Shown one piece after another: positions 15,773-20,000 of a DNA stretch of 20,000 nucleotides (its first letter is position 1; each line of letters starts with the position of its first letter). The DNA comes from an uncultured virus (IMG/VR IMGVR_UViG_3300042860_003432) (lineage: Duplodnaviria > Heunggongvirae > Uroviricota > Caudoviricetes). Location of the stretch: the IMG/VR virus record IMGVR_UViG_3300042860_003432, one strand, 5' to 3'. The notes under the pieces were generated by a model. The model searched no databases, was not told the origin of the DNA, and was given only the letters and a program-made list of their open reading frames with translations. The position numbers were made by a program, and so were the translations under genes.

Positions 15773-16452
15773 AGTCCAAATCTTGTTTTTGTAGCGTTGT
15801 AGTTTTGAATGACTTCTACTGCTGATAATGGGCGGTTATATAACCGCACTGAAGATACATAACCAGATAAACGTGCATGAAAGCCAGCAAATCCAACCGT
15901 ATATGGAGTTGTAGTCGAATAAAATGTAGAACCGGCAGTACCAGAAGCTGCAATTTGTTCGTTTAAATACAATACATGAGATGTTCCATTGCTCGTTCCA
16001 ACCATATGATACCAAGTGTTTGTAGAAACTGTTCTTATGGCTTGAGCGTTTATAGGACTACCTCCATATCTTTGATACAAAAAAGCCGATGTTCCAATAT
16101 TATACCATAATCCATATGTTCTATTTGAATTATTAACTGCATCAGATTTTCCAAAAACTCTAACCCAGTCGTTAGTATTTGAAGAAATATAAAACCAAGC
16201 CTCGGCGGTCATGTTCCCTGTTGTGTCAACTTGAGCATTGTGTACGCCATTTACATAGTCGTCTGTTCCATCAAATACAAGACTACCTCCGTTTGCATTA
16301 TTAAATGTGGGTCCACCAGAAGTGGTTCCGATATTACCACCTCCACTTAAATCTGCCCAACTTGTTCCGCTACCAGGATAACTCTTGTTATTAGCAGCAT
16401 CGAGGTATAATACCAAACCATCGGTAACTATTCTTGGACCATAGTCTGGCAT
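15769..16452 (-). CDS. LamG/concanavalin A-like lectin domain protein (paralogue 4)
   Basis: GLVLYLDAAN, FDGTDDYV, TAEAWF, WYHMVGT and LYNRPLSAVEVIQNY. Confidence 0.85.
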   Translation of the reverse strand: MPDYGPRIVTDGLVLYLDAANNKSYPGSGTSWADLSGGGNIGTTSGGPTFNNANGGSLVFDGTDDYVNGVHNAQVDTTGNMTAEAWFYISSNTNDWVRVFGKSDAVNNSNRTYGLWYNIGTSAFLYQRYGGSPINAQAIRTVSTNTWYHMVGTSNGTSHVLYLNEQIAASGTAGSTFYSTTTPYTVGFAGFHARLSGYVSSVRLYNRPLSAVEVIQNYNATKTRFGL

Positions 16453-16460
16453 ATAAAATA

Positions 16461-16727
16461 TTATGGTAGGCTACCAGTCATTGGACTGGACCATTCACTT
16501 GTGCTTAATATATCAAGTATTTCAGCATGTGTATATGGACCTTCTGTGCCAGTCATTGTGGCTACAAATGCTGGTGCTTCACCATTCCATTTTACAAATG
16601 TTTTAGTTTCATCTACAGATTTACGTACTGTATCTGCTGATGTTTCTAATACTTGACTAAAGTCAACTTTGTTTAGTTCGCTGACTGGAAAGATAAGATA
16701 TTCTCTGTTTGCGTATATGTCGCTCAT
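16461..16727 (-). CDS. Small acidic hypothetical protein inside the lectin array
   Basis: 88 aa (VDFSQVLETSADTVRKS..FVKW..YTHAEILDIL...EW) with its own upstream motif. Confidence 0.8.
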   Translation of the reverse strand: MSDIYANREYLIFPVSELNKVDFSQVLETSADTVRKSVDETKTFVKWNGEAPAFVATMTGTEGPYTHAEILDILSTSEWSSPMTGSLP

Positions 16728-16758
16728 ATGTTATTTATTATAAGTTAGTGTTTGTATA

Positions 16759-16766
16759 TATAAATA
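16759..16766 (-). promoter_or_regulatory. Candidate late promoter motif TATTTATA
   Basis: In the 48-nt gap upstream of the ATG at 16727. Confidence 0.5.
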
Positions 16767-16775
16767 TAAAGAAGG

Positions 16776-17471
16776 TTATAAACCATAGCGGCCTTTTGTA
16801 GCGTGATAGTTTTGGCGGATTTCTCTAGGAGATAATGCGCGATTGTATACTTTAGCAATGGAGATTTGACAATTTGATCTTCTAAGAGTTTGAGATGTTT
16901 GTGCACCAACATTAAATGCCGAATAAACAGGGGTGCTTGTGGTTGTATCATTAGTAGAACTATGCAGCATTCCATTAATATATAAATCCAATGTATCAGT
17001 TGTTGTATTTCTGACTCCGGTCACATAAAACCAAGAAGTGGTGTTGGGATTCATAGAATCGACGAAACTAAATGGATTTTGCGCGCCATTATACAAAGCC
17101 CAATGCCATCGACTATTATACGTACCCAAAAAAGCCCAATAGTTATTGTAACTAGATACTTGCGAAACCATCAATGCTTTGGGATTTTGGTCGGTCGAAA
17201 AACTATTCAGTTTAGCAAAACACGCGAAGGTAAAATTGCTAGACAACTGATTATCGAGCGTACATGTGGAGTAATCATCTGTACCGTCGAAGTTTATATA
17301 TCCATTATTAGATGAACTATACGTTGGTCCATTTATCAACGAACCTGTATTACCATTTCTGCTCAAATCAAACCAAGTAGTACTGCCACTAACAATACTT
17401 CTATCGTTGGCGGCATCCAAATACAATACCAAACCATTTGTAACAATGTCTGGTCCGCCTTCTACGCTCAT
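16776..17471 (-). CDS. LamG/concanavalin A-like lectin domain protein (paralogue 3)
   Basis: GLVLYLDAAN, FDGTDDY, WFYVTGV..LYING and VYNRALSPREIRQNY. Confidence 0.85.
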   Translation of the reverse strand: MSVEGGPDIVTNGLVLYLDAANDRSIVSGSTTWFDLSRNGNTGSLINGPTYSSSNNGYINFDGTDDYSTCTLDNQLSSNFTFACFAKLNSFSTDQNPKALMVSQVSSYNNYWAFLGTYNSRWHWALYNGAQNPFSFVDSMNPNTTSWFYVTGVRNTTTDTLDLYINGMLHSSTNDTTTSTPVYSAFNVGAQTSQTLRRSNCQISIAKVYNRALSPREIRQNYHATKGRYGL

Positions 17472-18136
17472 GATAATCCATACCTTCCTTTTGTGGCATT
17501 ATAGTTTTGTCTAACTTCTTCTGCCGTCAATGCCTTGTTCAAATAAAATTTTAGTATTCCCGCACGACCGGACCATGCTTCGTCTATGGTAGTCGCGCCA
17601 GTTATGCCACCCCCAATACCTGCGCTAGGAACATTCGAGTGAACCGTGCTGTTGTTTCCAGATGTCAAAGTAAGTTGCCCATTTATATAAAAATAAAAAG
17701 GGCCACCAAGTGCGTGAGACACTGCTATATGTGTCCATGTTGGAAAACCAAGAGGTATGGTATAGTTTGCACCTATTGACGGGTTAAAATGCAAAATAGA
17801 ATTGTTGTTTGTCATGATCGCATTTCTGTCATTACCAAAATCTACAATAGTATTGTAACCAGCCGCATATCCATACTTATACACCCAATAATCATGGGTG
17901 TATGTGCTAAGAGTTATAGGAGAAGGAAAATCAAGTCTTGCCCACGCTCCATCGAGACCAAGAGCACCACCATTTGCACTATTAAAAACGGGATTATTGA
18001 TCAAAGAAGCGGTATATCTGTTTGGACCAAGATCGGTCCATACAGTACCAGAACCGGGATAACTTCTTGAGTTTCCGGGATCAAAATGAAAAAGCAAACC
18101 GTCTGTTACTATTCTTGGTGAATAAAAAGTTGCCAT
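17468..18136 (-). CDS. LamG/concanavalin A-like lectin domain protein (paralogue 2)
   Basis: GLLFHFDPGN..SYPGSGT.W.DL, WTHIAVS..FYING and KALTAEEVRQNY. Confidence 0.85.
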   Translation of the reverse strand: MATFYSPRIVTDGLLFHFDPGNSRSYPGSGTVWTDLGPNRYTASLINNPVFNSANGGALGLDGAWARLDFPSPITLSTYTHDYWVYKYGYAAGYNTIVDFGNDRNAIMTNNNSILHFNPSIGANYTIPLGFPTWTHIAVSHALGGPFYFYINGQLTLTSGNNSTVHSNVPSAGIGGGITGATTIDEAWSGRAGILKFYLNKALTAEEVRQNYNATKGRYGLS

Positions 18137-18138
18137 AT

Positions 18139-18825
18139 TTAAAACCCAAACCTTCCTTTTGTGGCGTGAAAATTCTGATAAATTTCAGCATCTGATAAAG
18201 CTCGATTGTATATAGAACCCATTGCTATATGACCAAGGAAATGTCTAGGACCGCAGCAGCCAGTATCATCTGTACCGAACTTTATGTCGTCTAGAGTTAC
18301 AGCACTGTGGGTTGAAGTAAAAACTGCCGAAGATATTTTATTTGATTCAAACATAAACATTGTGCCACGAGTGCTCTCTGTTCTTAAAACGACCAAACAC
18401 CACGCACCGGTAGGAGGAGAAAGCCCGCTATCCCAATCATAAGACAACCCGACCACATTCCAGTGATAATTTATTTTTCCTGTACTTCCATAAAAATTTA
18501 TCCCACCGGTTGTTGTTGATCTTGAAAAAAATATACCGGCACTTGCTCTTTGACCACCTGCACTTCTCATCCACACAAACCAAGTTGAATTTGTTGTTGT
18601 AAAAGAATTGGCTAATGGTCCTATATAGTTTCCATTACTATCAAAATAAAAACTACCTTTTCCAACGGTTGTGTAAAAATTGTCATATGATAATGAACCG
18701 TTATATCCATTTCTTGTTAAATCTGTCCAAGTAGTACCAGTACCTCTATAGCTTCGGGTATTACCTGCGTCTAAATGAAACATTAATCCACTTGTTACTA
18801 TTTTTGGTCCGTTATTATAGCTCAT
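18139..18825 (-). CDS. LamG/concanavalin A-like lectin domain protein (paralogue 1)
   Basis: GLMFHLDAGN..SY.GTGT.W.DL and IYNRALSDAEIYQNF. Confidence 0.8.
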   Translation of the reverse strand: MSYNNGPKIVTSGLMFHLDAGNTRSYRGTGTTWTDLTRNGYNGSLSYDNFYTTVGKGSFYFDSNGNYIGPLANSFTTTNSTWFVWMRSAGGQRASAGIFFSRSTTTGGINFYGSTGKINYHWNVVGLSYDWDSGLSPPTGAWCLVVLRTESTRGTMFMFESNKISSAVFTSTHSAVTLDDIKFGTDDTGCCGPRHFLGHIAMGSIYNRALSDAEIYQNFHATKGRFGF

Positions 18826-18831
18826 ATGTTA

Positions 18832-18873
18832 TATAACTATTGTCTGACTATAATTGGTAGACATATATAACTA
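18832..18873 (-). promoter_or_regulatory. Two copies of the variant motif TAGTTATA (within AATAGTTATATA direct repeats) upstream of the lectin array
   Basis: Plus-strand TATAACTA at 18832-18839 and 18866-18873, in a 54-nt intergenic gap. Confidence 0.45.
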
Positions 18874-18879
18874 TTATTT

Positions 18880-20000
18880 TTATATTTCTACTATTAGTTT
18901 AGGTATATCTTTACGCTCTGCCTGCACAAGATAATAACAATATATATTACTGCCTCCGTTATTACTGCTTATATGCACATATTCTGAGTTTGTATATGTT
19001 ACGAACAAGGTTTGATGAGTTCCGATTGGCGTAAGTTGAACCGTGATAGTATTTTCGTCTACAAGATTTTTCCAATAATCTGGTAATGTTATTATAGGAC
19101 TGGTTGCTACGCCACGAACAAATACGCCGTGTTCTGGACCTTCAAGTACACCATATTGTAATTTTCTTTCTGGCAATGTCGGGTGGTCGATAAGGAATGA
19201 CTTTGCAGTGGCAGTCAATAATCCTTGTATAGAAACAGAACCTGTAAGTATTGCTGATCCAGTAACTCTGAATGAACCAGATACTGTAGTATTTCCATTT
19301 ACATCCAGTTTTGCGTTTTGTGTGGTTTTTCCTATGCTTACGTTTACATTGTCATCGTATATACTTCCAGTTGAAAGGGTTGTTGCACCGGTAAATCTTG
19401 CTACATAATTTGCCGTTCCGCTCGTAATTGTACCCGCGCCACTGGTTCCACTTGATCCAGATGTTCCGTTGGCACCAGATGTTCCACTAGAACCTCTGGT
19501 TCCAGATGTTCCAGCAGATCCGGCGGAACCACTGGATCCAGAAATTCCACTACTTCCAGACGATCCACTTGTTCCTGTAGCACCAGCAGAACCGCTTGTA
19601 CCTGCTCCACCGGATGTACCAGAAGATCCGCTTGTACCGGCTGCACCACTTGTGCCACTTGATCCAGATGTTCCAGCAGATCCCGCCGATCCAGCAGATC
19701 CTGCCGACCCACTTGTTCCTGTAGCACCAGCAGAACCGCTTGTACCTGCTCCACCGGATGTACCAGAAGATCCGCTTGTACCGGCTGCACCACTTGTGCC
19801 ACTTGATCCAGATGTTCCGTTGGCACCAGATGTTCCACTAGAACCTCTGGTTCCAGATGTTCCAGCAGATCCCGCCGATCCAGCAGATCCTGCCGATCCA
19901 CTTGTTCCTGTAGCACCAGCAGAACCGCTTGTACCTGCTCCACCGGATGTACCAGAAGATCCGCTTGTACCGGCTGCACCACTTGTGCCACTTGATCCAG
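18880..20000 (-). CDS. Collagen-like (Gly-X-Y, Ser/Thr-rich) tail fibre protein, 3' part; starts upstream of the window
   Basis: The frame of track ORF 18880..19218 stays open to 19998: (GTS/GSS/GSA..)n-GAGTITSGTANYVARFTGATTLSTGSIYDD..LDVNGNTTVSGSFRVTGS..ATAKSFLIDHPT..LEGPEHGVFVRG..ITVQLTPIG..VQAERKD. Confidence 0.85.
   Translation of the reverse strand, partial: GSSGTSGAAGTSGSSGTSGGAGTSGSAGATGTSGSAGSAGSAGSAGTSGTRGSSGTSGANGTSGSSGTSGAAGTSGSSGTSGGAGTSGSAGATGTSGSAGSAGSAGSAGTSGSSGTSGAAGTSGSSGTSGGAGTSGSAGATGTSGSSGSSGISGSSGSAGSAGTSGTRGSSGTSGANGTSGSSGTSGAGTITSGTANYVARFTGATTLSTGSIYDDNVNVSIGKTTQNAKLDVNGNTTVSGSFRVTGSAILTGSVSIQGLLTATAKSFLIDHPTLPERKLQYGVLEGPEHGVFVRGVATSPIITLPDYWKNLVDENTITVQLTPIGTHQTLFVTYTNSEYVHISSNNGGSNIYCYYLVQAERKDIPKLIVEI
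19441..20000. repeat. Intragenic 9-bp-periodic repeat with higher-order near-perfect duplications
   Basis: A ~110-bp block occurs at 19565, 19709 and 19898 (offsets 144 and 189), and a ~74-bp block at 19448 and 19799 (offset 351). All offsets are multiples of 9. Confidence 0.9.

Noticed and set aside
14313..18825. Possible diversity-generating retroelement or invertible shufflon acting on the lectin genes
   Set aside because: I saw no reverse transcriptase or recombinase, no template/variable repeat pair differing only at adenines, and all copies are in the same orientation.
19401..19991. 196-aa minus-strand ORF (MAQVVQPVQADLL...)
   Set aside because: It is an off-frame shadow of the Gly-X-Y repeat; the Gly-X-Y frame is continuous with 18880..19218.
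19441..20000. Possible CRISPR array
   Set aside because: The repeats are long in-frame coding duplications with no unique spacers, and no cas genes are present.
1..20000. Alternative genetic code (stop-codon reassignment)
   Set aside because: Standard-code ORFs tile the window densely, with full-length sheath and tube genes.

Overview
This window is the late/structural region of a large, AT-rich T4-like (contractile-tailed) bacteriophage, with almost all genes on the minus strand. In transcription order it contains: the 3' part of a Ser/Thr collagen-like (Gly-X-Y) fibre gene that the ORF track mis-frames; six tandem LamG/ConA-like lectin paralogues interrupted by one small gene; fibre-like and glycine-rich genes; and a 1007-aa tail sheath. 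A ~5 kb block then separates the sheath from the tail tube. It holds two Vsr/PD-(D/E)XK-type endonucleases (one with a Mom/GNAT-like C-terminal domain), a HAD 5'-nucleotidase, a pol-beta-type nucleotidyltransferase and two hypotheticals. After the tube comes a cluster of charged proteins. The most striking unexplained pattern is that these proteins share an N-terminal 'M-x-K-x-[E/T]-L-[K/R]-x-[I/V]-I-x-E' leader, and that small basic modules in them are separated by [L/I/M/V]-x-E linkers. This resembles capsid-targeted internal proteins or polyproteins cut by a T4 gp21-type prohead protease; that interpretation is inference. A recurring intergenic motif TA[T/G]TTATA (candidate late promoter), sigma70-like promoters and three intrinsic terminators are also visible. 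All family assignments come from motif recognition, not database searches.
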